Shown: positions 27,578 to 39,528, counted from the first letter of the stretch. The stretch is 64,000 nucleotides of DNA from Bacteroidales bacterium (GCA_016926205.1 JAFGPB010000099.1:9414-73413), one strand, 5' to 3'. Notes: generated from the sequence alone by a model not told the origin. A program made the numbers and translations.

Positions 27578-29753
<2,176 letters not shown>

Positions 29754-29835
29754 TCAACAAATGCTCCGGAATTGGCAAATAACTGCAAATTGTGCATGAT
29801 TGGTAATATGTATATCTAAAATCGCAATTCTTTTA

Positions 29836-29843
29836 TATCTTTG
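29836..29843 (+). promoter_or_regulatory. Candidate -7 box (TATCTTTG) driving the cobalamin riboswitch leader
   Basis: Exact TAnnTTTG match ending 6 nt before the first base of the riboswitch P1 stem (29850). This would put the transcription start right at the aptamer. Confidence 0.5.
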
Positions 29844-29849
29844 TACGGG

Positions 29850-30042
29850 TTATGGTTTCCGGAGACGCTTTCGCATTTCCGGGATAATAGGGAATCAGGT
29901 GTGAATCCTGAACAGTACCCGCTGCTGTAATCTCCTTTATTATTCAGTGTACCTGCAGCCACTGTTGAGGTTCCGGAGATCGATCCGGATGGGAAAACGG
30001 GAAGGCATCACTGAATGGAGTAAGTCAGAAGACCTGCCATAA
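29850..30042 (+). promoter_or_regulatory. Cobalamin (B12) riboswitch
   Basis: P1 pairing TTATGG (29850-29855) with CCATAA (30037-30042). Conserved core AATAGGGAATCAGGTGTGAATCCTGAACAGTACCCGC, GCCACTG (29958-29964), GGGAAGGC, and the B12 box AGTCAGAAGACCTGCC (30023-30038). It sits 32 nt upstream of a TonB-dependent receptor gene. Confidence 0.9.
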
Positions 30043-30074
30043 TTTAAATTTGTTCGGGTTTAAACAATACTGAA

Positions 30075-32021
30075 TTGGCTTTGAAATTATCTGACTTATT
30101 ATTCGTACTATCAACCCTTGTATCGTGTTCCCATGCTTTCTGCCAGATGAAGGAACCAGAAGTGATTTCCATACCGGAAGTCATTGTTACAACAAGCAAT
30201 TCGAAGTTTTTTTCTGAAGACCAGACAATCATTTCTGTCGGTAAAAACGTACTCCCTTTAAGCCGGCAACAAAACCTGGGCATCGTTTTAAGCCATGAAT
30301 CGCCTGCCCTGATACGAAGTTACGGCGGCCAGGGCTCCCTCGTGTCGCTTTCTTTGCACGGAACAGGCTCCAACCATGCCTCGGTAAACTGGAACGGTTT
30401 TCCGGTCAACTCACCTACCACAGGTCAGATCGACCTGTCACTGATACCTTTCGGCTTCATGCAGCATGTAAACATTGTAAATGGCGCTTCGGGTGCGTTG
30501 CATGGCAGCGGCACTTTCGGCGGATTTGTCGAGTTGACAAACGAAGCCGATTGGAACAACAGGTTTTCGGTGAATGTATCGGCAGAGGCAGCCAGTTTTC
30601 ATACACACGGTTATTTTGGATCCATACAGACCGGGGGGGAAAGGTTGCAATATCATCTTTCCCTGCTTGACAGGCGTTCACTGAATGATTTTACTTATAA
30701 GGATATATACCGGTTTGGTTCACCCGAAATCACAGCGGTGCACAATACATTTAAATCGCGTGGCATTATGCAGAACCTTTACCTGAATGCAGGGAACGGA
30801 CATCTGATTGAAGCCGGAACGTGGTTTCAGCATAAGATGAAAGAAACGCCGCCGCTTATGGGGTCTTATAAAGAAAGCAATGCGGTGCAGATAGATCGTA
30901 ATGTCAGGTCATATCTGAATTACCGGAAGACCTTCGGGCGTTCTTTCCTGCTCGTAAAGGCTGCTTACTTTACTGATTTTATGAACTATACCGATAAAAA
31001 CAATGCAACGGACGAAGACTATTCTGTATATTCGAAAATTGACATCAGCAGAATAATGAGCGGAATCGAATACCGTCATACTGTTTCACCGGCTTTCACA
31101 GCGGGCATGGGTGGATCCTATATTTTTAATCATGCTGTTTCCAACAACTACATCAATGAAATACGTGAGCATGAATTCGCATTGTACGGCAATCTTAAGG
31201 TGAAAATGGGAGACTGGATCATCAATACCTCGGCGAGACAGGAGTTTTATGACGGCATAGATCCGGTCTTTCAGTATTCTCTGGGCGTGCGTTTTAAAGC
31301 AAATGAAAACATCATACTGCGGACTAATTTTTCAAATAAATTCAGAAAACCCACATTAAATGAAAAATACTGGAAACCGGGAGGCAACCCGCAATTGAAT
31401 CCCGAACAAGGCTGGGGCGGGGATCTTGCGGCTGAGATCATCATGCTGCAACATGATGACGCAACCCCGATCCTTTCATTAATGCTTTCGGGCTATTACC
31501 AGGGAATTGACAACTGGATACAATGGATTGTACGCGATTCTTTAACACCGGTGGAATACAAGAAGGTTCATTCCCGTGGCGCCGAGGCTGTGATAAATTT
31601 CCGTGTTTTGGCAGGACAGTTCAATATCTCGGGAAATCTGAACTACGGATGCAATTTTGCAACCATAAAGGAAACGTATGACGACAATCAATCCCTGGCA
31701 GGAAATCAGCTTGTTTATATACCGCGGCACGTGGCACGGATGAATCTGAATGTTATGTACAGGAAGTTTACCCTTGGGTGTTATGGTACCATGACAGGGA
31801 AACGGGAGACTGCAGAAAGTTCAGACCCGATCTTACGTTTGCCGGCATACGGACTTGTTGACATCCTGACCGGGTACGACAGACAGTTCGGACAAATCCA
31901 TGCCGGTATTCATTTTCAGATTGAAAACCTGTTTGACAAACAATATGAAGTCATACGTTCCTATGCCATGCCGGGCAGAGCTTTTCATGTTGTTCTGACA
32001 CTCGATTTTGACAAAGAATGA
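30075..32021 (+). CDS. btuB: TonB-dependent outer-membrane receptor, BtuB-like
   Basis: Signal peptide, plug domain (LSHESPALIRSYGGQGSLVSLSLHGTGSNHASVNWNGFPVNSPTTGQIDLSLIP), and a beta-barrel ending in an aromatic-rich terminal strand (RAFHVVLTLDF). It lies downstream of the B12 riboswitch. The signal peptide requires the TTG 30075 start. Confidence 0.85.
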   Translation: MALKLSDLLFVLSTLVSCSHAFCQMKEPEVISIPEVIVTTSNSKFFSEDQTIISVGKNVLPLSRQQNLGIVLSHESPALIRSYGGQGSLVSLSLHGTGSNHASVNWNGFPVNSPTTGQIDLSLIPFGFMQHVNIVNGASGALHGSGTFGGFVELTNEADWNNRFSVNVSAEAASFHTHGYFGSIQTGGERLQYHLSLLDRRSLNDFTYKDIYRFGSPEITAVHNTFKSRGIMQNLYLNAGNGHLIEAGTWFQHKMKETPPLMGSYKESNAVQIDRNVRSYLNYRKTFGRSFLLVKAAYFTDFMNYTDKNNATDEDYSVYSKIDISRIMSGIEYRHTVSPAFTAGMGGSYIFNHAVSNNYINEIREHEFALYGNLKVKMGDWIINTSARQEFYDGIDPVFQYSLGVRFKANENIILRTNFSNKFRKPTLNEKYWKPGGNPQLNPEQGWGGDLAAEIIMLQHDDATPILSLMLSGYYQGIDNWIQWIVRDSLTPVEYKKVHSRGAEAVINFRVLAGQFNISGNLNYGCNFATIKETYDDNQSLAGNQLVYIPRHVARMNLNVMYRKFTLGCYGTMTGKRETAESSDPILRLPAYGLVDILTGYDRQFGQIHAGIHFQIENLFDKQYEVIRSYAMPGRAFHVVLTLDFDKE

Positions 32022-33094
32022 AATTTTATCAACTTATATTATTGTTGCTGCTGACAGTCTTGTTGGCAGCATGTGAGAACGACAATGACGGGCCTGCCGG
32101 CGATACATACGGATCCGGAGTCTATATTATTAATGAAGGATTTTTTTCTGGCAATAACGCAACCATAAGTTACTATGATCAGAATGACGGGACTATGGAC
32201 CATGCAATTTTTTACAACGCAAACGGCCGGGTTATCGGCGATGTTTTACAGTCGTTTACCGTGAATGGAAATACAGGTTTTATTGTGGTCAATAACTCTG
32301 CCAAGGTTGAAGTTGTTGATATGAGTACTTTTGAAACAGTCTCGGAGCCTGTTGCGGCAACATATCCGCGTTATTTTCTGCCGGTAACTGCCGAAAAAGG
32401 ATATCTGACCAACGGGAGCTTTCAGGGTTATGTGCTGATCGTGGATTTGGATGATTTTACTGTAACGGATTCAATACAGGTAGGGTTTGGTCCTGAAACA
32501 TTAATTCAGCTTGAAGACAACATTTTTGTCTGCAACAGTGGCGGATGGGGATCGGACTCTACCATAAGTGTTATTGATCCGGCTACGGATGCAGTGACAG
32601 GTACGATTAAGGTCACTGATACCCCCATGGATATTGTTGCAGATGCAATTGGAAACTTATGGGTGTATTGTAAAGGATATGCAGCGTATGACTGGAATCC
32701 ACCGTATGATCTGATCAGTGAAACGGATGCATACTTGCACCAGGTTGATCCGGCAACCGGAACTATCCTCTGGCAGGGGAAAGTAGGCAAAGCCAGTGAC
32801 TATGTTGTAGTTCCGCCTAAATGTGCCATCTCATCCGACGGACTTACCTTATACTACCTGCGACCTGACGGGGTATATTCGGTTTCTGTTACCAATCCGT
32901 CGATTGCTGATGATCCGCTGATATCCGGCAGTTCTTATTACGGCATTGACGTGAATCCGCAGAACGGGGATCTCTATTTGTGTGAAGCAAGTCTTTCCGG
33001 CAACGGTTCTCTTAAGATATATGACGCAGAAATAAACTCTGTTGCATCTTATGCAGTGGGTATCATGCCGAATGGTGCGATATTTGTTCCCTGA
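32018..33094 (+). CDS. YncE-like beta-propeller surface lipoprotein (same locus position and predicted fold class as BtuG-type corrinoid binders)
   Basis: ATGA overlap with btuB. Lipobox LLAAC. Repeated blade signatures (GFIVVNNSAKVEVVD, GYVLIVDLDDFTV, IFVCNSGG...ISVIDPATDAV, LHQVDPATGTI, DLYLCEA...LKIYD). Confidence 0.7.
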   Translation: MKFYQLILLLLLTVLLAACENDNDGPAGDTYGSGVYIINEGFFSGNNATISYYDQNDGTMDHAIFYNANGRVIGDVLQSFTVNGNTGFIVVNNSAKVEVVDMSTFETVSEPVAATYPRYFLPVTAEKGYLTNGSFQGYVLIVDLDDFTVTDSIQVGFGPETLIQLEDNIFVCNSGGWGSDSTISVIDPATDAVTGTIKVTDTPMDIVADAIGNLWVYCKGYAAYDWNPPYDLISETDAYLHQVDPATGTILWQGKVGKASDYVVVPPKCAISSDGLTLYYLRPDGVYSVSVTNPSIADDPLISGSSYYGIDVNPQNGDLYLCEASLSGNGSLKIYDAEINSVASYAVGIMPNGAIFVP

Positions 33095-33177
33095 TTAAAG
33101 GATGTCGGCACTTCCTTGATCATTTTTCGGTATCTTTCCGTTAAAAACCATATATTCACGGAGTGAATGATGCCGTT

Positions 33178-35325
33178 ATGAGACCAGCAACGTTTGACCG
33201 GGGCATTTTACTGAATTTTTTTTTATTCATGAGTTCATTCGCGGTCTGCCAGGTGTCAAGACCCGGAAAACCATTGCTGCTGAACTATGAGGGAGCAAAA
33301 CAACTTATTGTATATGAGATAGAGGTTCCCGGGAAGGAAGAATCTGCTGAGTCTGCCAAAGAAGTCCATCCGTGGCTGAAACCTGCCGGTTCAGGATTTT
33401 TGGCAGATGTCGGTTTTGACATCTACGAGACCGGCACATGGGATACGCTGCAGGACGGGACAAAAGTCTGGCGTGCAGCCTTTCTGGTCAGCCATGCCAC
33501 AGCCCTGAATGTCGTTTTCAACACATACAGGGTGAACAAGGGTGTAAAGGTATACCTTTATGATTACGAACAGCAGCATGTTCTGGGTGCATTTACAGAT
33601 ATGAACAACAAAACTGCAGGTATGCTCGCCACAGCGCAGCTCTTCAGTGAACTGCTGATCGTAGAGGTACAGGTTCCGTCGTATCTTGATCATGCTGGTG
33701 AGCTGGTCGTTGCACAGATCGGATGCGATTTTTCAGTTGACCGTGAAACAAAAGCATTAAAGGACGGCTGGTATGGCTTATCGGGTGACTGCAATGAGGA
33801 CATCAACTGTTATGACAGCCCCCTTTACCAGCAGCTCAAATATTCTGTCGTCCGCATCGTTTACCAGGGGGGGGAACGGTGTACAGGGGCGCTGCTGAAC
33901 AATACCTCGGAAAACGGACGCAATTACGTGATCACTGCAGAACATTGCATCAGCAATGAAAATATTGCCAATACCTCTGTTTTTTATTTCGATTATGAAA
34001 GTCCGTTTTGTGACGGTCCGGACGGGAACAGCAGCAGGAGCATATCGGGATCGACCATACGTGCGAAAGGTGACTGTCTCGATTTTGTACTGCTGGAATT
34101 GCTGGAACCCGTTCCCTATACTTACCGCCCCTATTATGCGGGATGGGATGTAACGGGCAATGCGCCTCTTTCAGGTGTTGCCATACACCATCCGAAGGGG
34201 GATGTCAAGAAAATCGCTGTTGAAAATCACAGCCTGACCACCGCAACATTCAGCAGTGAATATGTTGAAAATTCACACTGGCTTGTTCACCACTGGGAAT
34301 CAGGTACTACCGAAGCGGGTTCATCGGGAGGACCCTTCTTCGATCAGCATGGCAGGATCACGGGAACACTGACAGGCGGTCAGGCTACCTGCAGTGATCC
34401 GGTCAACGATTATTTTCAAAAGGTGGCAGGCGAATGGGACTTCCTGCGCTTATGGCTGGATCCTGCCGTGGTGCATCCGGGATTCGTTGACGGATATGAT
34501 CCATGGGCGGAATTCTGGAGGAGCGGGGACACGCTTTCCAACATACGGGAATCGGAGCAGCTGGTAACCCTGAAGGACGGCCTGGTATGGGGAAATTTAT
34601 CGGGTCATAATTCTGCATACCTTACGCAGTTTGCCGAGCAATACAGGATCCTTGACAAAAAAACCCTGTTCGGAATATTGCTGAACATATCCCAGAATGA
34701 TGTCACTTCAGCGGCTTCCCACCTCATCGTAAAAGTCTGGCAGGGCGGATCCTTTCCTGAAGAAACAATTTTTGAAAAGGATGTTCTTCTGGCGGATCTG
34801 ATACAGGATGAGGTGAACCTGATCGAGACGGATTCAGCTGTATACGTTGCCGATACATTTTATGTCGGATATGAACTTTTTTATGGTCAGCCCCAGGATA
34901 CATTTGCCGTGCGGATGGCCATCAGCCGCCCCGTTCAGCAGGAAAACACCGCATTTGTTTTCGACGGTACGAAATGGATGTCCATGAGCGATTACACTTC
35001 CGGCATTGTGAATACCTCCTTCAGCATCTTTCCGGTTGTATATGATCAGGATCCTGTGGATCCGGATGATGATCCTGAAGAAGCTGTCAAGGTCTATCCG
35101 AATCCGGTCTCAGATGAATGCTGGATAGATTTCAGGGAAATGACCTCCGGACCGGTAACACTCAGGTTGTACAATTTGTCGGGACAGCCGGTTTACCGGC
35201 AGGATTTCCCGCCTTATCAGACCAAGATTCATCTGCAGACCGGAAATCTCACATCCGGTGTTTATATCCTGAAAGTTACGGGAGATCACGGAACCTCGAC
35301 TGCAAAGCTGATCATATTTAGGTGA
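33178..35325 (+). CDS. Secreted S1-family (trypsin-fold, lysyl-endopeptidase-like) serine protease with a T9SS C-terminal sorting domain
   Basis: Catalytic triad: H in VITAEHC (33943), D in CLDFVLLEL (34081), S in GSSGGPFF (34324). Signal peptide present. The last ~80 aa (35083-35322; KVYPNPVSDE..LRLYNLSGQPVY...SGVYILKV) form a type-A T9SS CTD. The ORF is open from GTG 33163. Confidence 0.85.
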   Translation: MRPATFDRGILLNFFLFMSSFAVCQVSRPGKPLLLNYEGAKQLIVYEIEVPGKEESAESAKEVHPWLKPAGSGFLADVGFDIYETGTWDTLQDGTKVWRAAFLVSHATALNVVFNTYRVNKGVKVYLYDYEQQHVLGAFTDMNNKTAGMLATAQLFSELLIVEVQVPSYLDHAGELVVAQIGCDFSVDRETKALKDGWYGLSGDCNEDINCYDSPLYQQLKYSVVRIVYQGGERCTGALLNNTSENGRNYVITAEHCISNENIANTSVFYFDYESPFCDGPDGNSSRSISGSTIRAKGDCLDFVLLELLEPVPYTYRPYYAGWDVTGNAPLSGVAIHHPKGDVKKIAVENHSLTTATFSSEYVENSHWLVHHWESGTTEAGSSGGPFFDQHGRITGTLTGGQATCSDPVNDYFQKVAGEWDFLRLWLDPAVVHPGFVDGYDPWAEFWRSGDTLSNIRESEQLVTLKDGLVWGNLSGHNSAYLTQFAEQYRILDKKTLFGILLNISQNDVTSAASHLIVKVWQGGSFPEETIFEKDVLLADLIQDEVNLIETDSAVYVADTFYVGYELFYGQPQDTFAVRMAISRPVQQENTAFVFDGTKWMSMSDYTSGIVNTSFSIFPVVYDQDPVDPDDDPEEAVKVYPNPVSDECWIDFREMTSGPVTLRLYNLSGQPVYRQDFPPYQTKIHLQTGNLTSGVYILKVTGDHGTSTAKLIIFR

Positions 35326-35463
35326 TGCAGGTAAAAGGAAGTATGGCTGTGAGGTGGAGTCATGGCTTCCGGCGGCATTGGTGAAAACAGATTTTTCAGG
35401 CTCAAATTGGTAACATTTGTGGCCAAAATCAAGTATAGTATTGTGGTCATAATGATTTTCACA

Positions 35464-38367
35464 ATGTCGGGATACAGGATAACCTTTCTTTTCCTTTTAT
35501 CGGTGATGTTCATGTCCGTTAACGGACAGGACGCTGCTTCATCTGCCTCTCTCAATGTACGGGGCGTTTCTGAACTTGATATGGAACCACTGCCCGGTGC
35601 CACCGCAACACTGTATGAAGGGGGCAAACGTATAAATTCTGTAAGGACGGGTACAGACGGTAGGTTTTCGTTCACACTTGAAGTGAACAGGCAGTATACG
35701 ATCGAAATCTCAAAAGAAGGACTGATCAGCAAGAGGATCAGTTTCAACACCACCATGCCGGATGAAGAAAAAGGCGTATGGACAAGTGAATTTTCCATGG
35801 GACTTGTCAGGTTCTGTGATGGTGTTGATTACAGTATTCTGGATGAACCTGTGGATGTTGTGGAATTTGATGCAGGGAGAAGGGAATTTGTATCCAATAA
35901 GGAATATGTTTCGAGAATGCGACCCAAAATTGAAGATGTGCTCATGGATTATGAAACCTGCATGCTGGACAAGTATGATGCTGCCATGAGAAAGGCCGAT
36001 CAGGCCTATGCCAGGAAAGAGTATCAGGAAGCAATTTCAGAATACAATGCTGCCCTGGAAATTTATCCTGACGAAAAACTGCCGGGTAAACGTATTGCAG
36101 AAATTGAAACGCTGATCGAAGATGAACGGAATACAGATGAAGCATACGACCGGGCAATTGCTCAGGCTGATGCCTTATTCGAACGACAAAAATTTACTGA
36201 AGCACTTTCAAAGTACAGGGAAGCGTCGGCCCTCAAACCCCGGGAGAATTACCCGAAAGAAAAAATCTCAGCCTCTGAGGCAGCGTACTCTGTGCAGCAG
36301 GCCGAACTTAATGAACAGCGCGACAGGGAGGACGCCTATAACCTGACTCTGGCAAAAGCCGGTACGGCATATACACAGAAGGACTACAGCAAGGCACTTG
36401 AATATTATCAGGCTGCGGCTGAAATAAAACCTTCAGAGGCTTTACCGAAAACCAGACTTGAAGAGATTCATGAAATTCTGGAGAAGAAAGCTGCTGAAGA
36501 AGCAAGCATCAGGAAAATTGATGATGCGTACAGAAATGCAATTGCTGAAGCTGAAGCCCTGGTAAACAGCGGGGATTATGATGCCGCGAGGCAGAAGTAC
36601 GCATATGCGCTGACAGTCAAGCCTGCTGAGGCATACCCAAAGACAAAAATGACTGAGATTGACCGTATTGTCGAAGCTCAGGCCCGTGCTGAGGAAAATG
36701 CAAAAAAGGCATTAATGGAGAAGGAGTATCAGTCGGTTCTCACTGAGGCGGACAGGTTGTACCGGAACAAGGACTATGAAGGAGCCAGAGCGGCTTATGT
36801 AAAAGCTCTTGAGGTGAAGCCGTCAGAGCCGTTTCCGAGACAGAGGATCACTGCCATAGAGAATGCTGTGGCTGCGGAACAGGCTGCACAGCAAATGGCT
36901 GTGGAAAAAGAATACCAGGCTGCAATCACTGCCGCGAATGCTGCATTGTCACAGAAAAATTACGTGGAGGCAGTATCATTGCTGAACAGGGCGCTTGAAT
37001 ACAGGCCGGATGATCCTTTTGCAATGAAGAAACTTAATGAAACGGACATCCTGATCGCGGAACAGGAAAGGAACCAGGAGATGCGGCAACATCAGGATGA
37101 ACAGTACAATGATGCCCTGCTGGCCGGCGATCAGTTTCTGGCCCGGAAAGAATATGACAATGCCAGGCAACAATTTCAGAGAGCCATGGAGATAAAACCG
37201 GGAGATCCGGTTGCCCGGAAAATGCTGACACAGATTGAAGAAATCCTTCTGGCCGAGAAGACAGCAGTTCAGAGGGAATTCGAGCTTTCTTATTCCGCAG
37301 CAATGACGAAGGGCGTTGAATCACTCACGAAAAAAAATTATGCGGATGCCGGGGATGCTTTCAGGGAGGCACTTGCCATCAAGCCTGATGATGTCTCTGC
37401 AAAACAAAAACTGAATGAAACTGAAAGGGTGCTTTCTCTTGAAGCACAGCGTCTGGTTGCCGAAACGGAAAAAAAACAGAATTATGATGAGGTTGTTATG
37501 AGGGGTGACGGATTGTTTGCCGGCAAAGAATATTCAGGAGCAAAACAAGCTTATGAGGATGCGCTGCGGATCATTCCCGGTGAACCCTATCCCCGGCAGA
37601 AAATAACAGAAATAAACCAGATCATTGAGGAACAGGATCAGCTGCTGCAGGAGTTGCAGGCGGTAGAAAACACCTATCAAAAAGCCCTCACCTATGCGGA
37701 CAACTATTATGAAATGAAGGATTATGCGGGTGCGCGTGAAGAATATATCAGGGCAGCAGAAATTAAGCCGGATGAAACGTATGCCAGGGAAAGACTTGAA
37801 GAAGTAGAGGAACTGATACGTGTCAGGGAGATTGAACAGGCTGAGGTTTCAAAAAGGGCAGATGCCTACGCTGCGACCATCAGCAAAGCGAATGATTCAT
37901 TCAATAAAAAGAAATACCAGGATGCCAGAAGCAGTTACAATCTTGCACTTCAGCTTATCCCCGGCGATGTTTATGCAAAAGAACAGATCGCCAGAATTGA
38001 CCGCATAACAACGATGTCATCACGGTCACAGTCTTCAGAGGCTGAAGGCCAGGCAACACTATTGTCAGCAACTGCACCGGACAAGCTTGAGTTTTCATCC
38101 GATCAGGAAAAGGACAACTATTTTGAAGAGCTCAGGAGAAGTTACCCGGGAGGAATTACCCTGGAAATTTACCGGGAAGAATACAAAGAGACCCTGCGCT
38201 ATATTGTCATAAGAAATGACATTGTAAATGAATTCAGAAAGCTCAGATTTCTTACCTTTGGCCAGGAGGAGTATTCTGTGAACGGCAAACCCATTACGGA
38301 GATGTATTTCCTTTCACAGATCAAACAACGTGAAGGAGAACAATATAAAGAGATTGTAATGCAATGA
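35464..38367 (+). CDS. Exported CarboxypepD_reg-domain protein with about 11 tandem ~62-aa helical (TPR-like) repeats
   Basis: Signal peptide MSGYRITFLFLLSVMFMSVNGQ. Ig-like domain LNVRGVS...GATATLYEGGKRINSVRTGTDGRFSFTLEVNRQYTIEISKEG (35548-35751). Repeats with consensus Y..A...AD..F..K.Y..A...Y..AL.IKP.E.YP...I.EI. Globular 118-aa tail. The ORF is open from 35362. Confidence 0.85.
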   Translation: MSGYRITFLFLLSVMFMSVNGQDAASSASLNVRGVSELDMEPLPGATATLYEGGKRINSVRTGTDGRFSFTLEVNRQYTIEISKEGLISKRISFNTTMPDEEKGVWTSEFSMGLVRFCDGVDYSILDEPVDVVEFDAGRREFVSNKEYVSRMRPKIEDVLMDYETCMLDKYDAAMRKADQAYARKEYQEAISEYNAALEIYPDEKLPGKRIAEIETLIEDERNTDEAYDRAIAQADALFERQKFTEALSKYREASALKPRENYPKEKISASEAAYSVQQAELNEQRDREDAYNLTLAKAGTAYTQKDYSKALEYYQAAAEIKPSEALPKTRLEEIHEILEKKAAEEASIRKIDDAYRNAIAEAEALVNSGDYDAARQKYAYALTVKPAEAYPKTKMTEIDRIVEAQARAEENAKKALMEKEYQSVLTEADRLYRNKDYEGARAAYVKALEVKPSEPFPRQRITAIENAVAAEQAAQQMAVEKEYQAAITAANAALSQKNYVEAVSLLNRALEYRPDDPFAMKKLNETDILIAEQERNQEMRQHQDEQYNDALLAGDQFLARKEYDNARQQFQRAMEIKPGDPVARKMLTQIEEILLAEKTAVQREFELSYSAAMTKGVESLTKKNYADAGDAFREALAIKPDDVSAKQKLNETERVLSLEAQRLVAETEKKQNYDEVVMRGDGLFAGKEYSGAKQAYEDALRIIPGEPYPRQKITEINQIIEEQDQLLQELQAVENTYQKALTYADNYYEMKDYAGAREEYIRAAEIKPDETYARERLEEVEELIRVREIEQAEVSKRADAYAATISKANDSFNKKKYQDARSSYNLALQLIPGDVYAKEQIARIDRITTMSSRSQSSEAEGQATLLSATAPDKLEFSSDQEKDNYFEELRRSYPGGITLEIYREEYKETLRYIVIRNDIVNEFRKLRFLTFGQEEYSVNGKPITEMYFLSQIKQREGEQYKEIVMQ
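35971..38010 (+). repeat. Coding tandem-repeat array (about 11 units of ~185 nt, diverged at the DNA level) inside the gene above
   Basis: Each unit ends with a (I/V/L)KP-x-(E/D)-x-(Y/F)P-x-x-(K/R)-(I/L)-x-E(I/T) motif. Units were read directly from the translation. Confidence 0.8.
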
Positions 38368-39512
38368 GGTGCTGGTGCATCAGCCTGTCCGTATGGCTCA
38401 TACTGTCAGGCTGCAATAGCAGGGAACCTGGAACAGTAAAGGTAAATACCAGTCGCGGTGCATCTTCCGGCCGGGTCACATATGCAAGCGGTTTCACAAT
38501 TGAGAACAATGAGGACAGAGTGGTGCTCAGCATTAAAAATCCCTGGCAGAATGCTGAGCAGATAAGCTATTCCTACATTCTTTGCAATTCAGCGGAATCA
38601 TCCTCCGCAATCGGCGGAAGGGAAAACCTGATAAAAGTTCCTGTCAGCCGTGTCGTCTGTCTTTCGACCACACACATAGGTTTTATCGATGATCTGGGAA
38701 TGACGGAAAGCATCGTCGGCATCTCGGGAAAGGATCTTGTTGTTAGTCCCGTGATGAGGAAAAGGATAGAAGTGGATGAAATCCGGGATGTGGGGTATGA
38801 TGAAAACATCAATTATGAACTGTTGCTTGAACTGGATCCTGATGTCGTTTTTGCATACGGAGTAACGGGCTCGGTTACCAAAATCCTAAATAAGCTTGAA
38901 GAGTTGAACATACCGTTTGTGCTGGTTGCGGAATACCTTGAACAGAAACCTCTGGCCAAAATGGAATGGATCAAGTTCTTCGCAGAGTTTTACGGAATGG
39001 GAACAGAAGCAGAGCTGCATTTTGATTCTGTCGCTGATGAATACAACAGGCTTAAGGGACTTACATCCCGGATTGAGGAAAGACCTGAGGTAATTCTGGG
39101 ATTGCCCTGGAGGGGTACATGGTATGTTTCCGGGGGACAGAGTTATGTGGCTGAGCTTATCGCGGATGCAGGAGGGAACTATGTATGGAAATCACTGGAT
39201 TACAGGGACAGCAGACCCATGGAGCTTGAGAAGGTATTTGAGAAAGCACTGACAGCTGACTTCTGGCTCAATACAGGAGCTGCCCGGTCAATTGCTGAAA
39301 TTATCAGGACGGACGAGCGTTTTAAGAACCTGCAGGCCTTCAGACGAAACACGATCTATAACAACAATAAACTGTTGAATGATACCGGCGGCAATGCGTA
39401 TTTTGAATCAGGTGTCGCGGAACCCCATGTTATTCTCGCAGATCTTATATCCATTTTACATCCGCAATTGTTACCTTCGCATGAACTAAAGTATTACCAG
39501 AAACTTCAGTAG
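38364..39512 (+). CDS. btuF: ABC-transporter periplasmic binding lipoprotein (class III, BtuF/FhuD-like)
   Basis: The ATG overlaps the preceding stop (ATGA). Lipobox LILSGC. RVVCLSTTHIGFIDDLG and DPDVVFAYG are typical of cobalamin/siderophore binding proteins. The B12 assignment rests on context. Confidence 0.8.
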   Translation: MRCWCISLSVWLILSGCNSREPGTVKVNTSRGASSGRVTYASGFTIENNEDRVVLSIKNPWQNAEQISYSYILCNSAESSSAIGGRENLIKVPVSRVVCLSTTHIGFIDDLGMTESIVGISGKDLVVSPVMRKRIEVDEIRDVGYDENINYELLLELDPDVVFAYGVTGSVTKILNKLEELNIPFVLVAEYLEQKPLAKMEWIKFFAEFYGMGTEAELHFDSVADEYNRLKGLTSRIEERPEVILGLPWRGTWYVSGGQSYVAELIADAGGNYVWKSLDYRDSRPMELEKVFEKALTADFWLNTGAARSIAEIIRTDERFKNLQAFRRNTIYNNNKLLNDTGGNAYFESGVAEPHVILADLISILHPQLLPSHELKYYQKLQ

Positions 39513-39528
39513 ACCGCGAAAGGAAAGT

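Noticed and set aside
30045-30052. A second TAAATTTG promoter-like box between the riboswitch and the receptor start codon
   Set aside because: A promoter here would bypass the riboswitch and leave a leader of about 15 nt. It is more likely a chance match in an AT-rich expression platform. It cannot be excluded without 5'-end mapping.
33095-33177. A possible terminator or promoter separating the propeller lipoprotein gene from the protease gene (AAGGA..TCCTT 5-bp stem; TATCTTTC near-match to the -7 box)
   Set aside because: The stem is too short and lacks a U-tract, and the box misses the conserved final G. It is kept as a caveat on the operon hypothesis rather than a feature.
35286-35798. 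170-aa minus-strand ORF spanning the protease/repeat-protein junction
   Set aside because: It overlaps the signal peptide and Ig-like domain of the plus-strand gene, and its translation is featureless.
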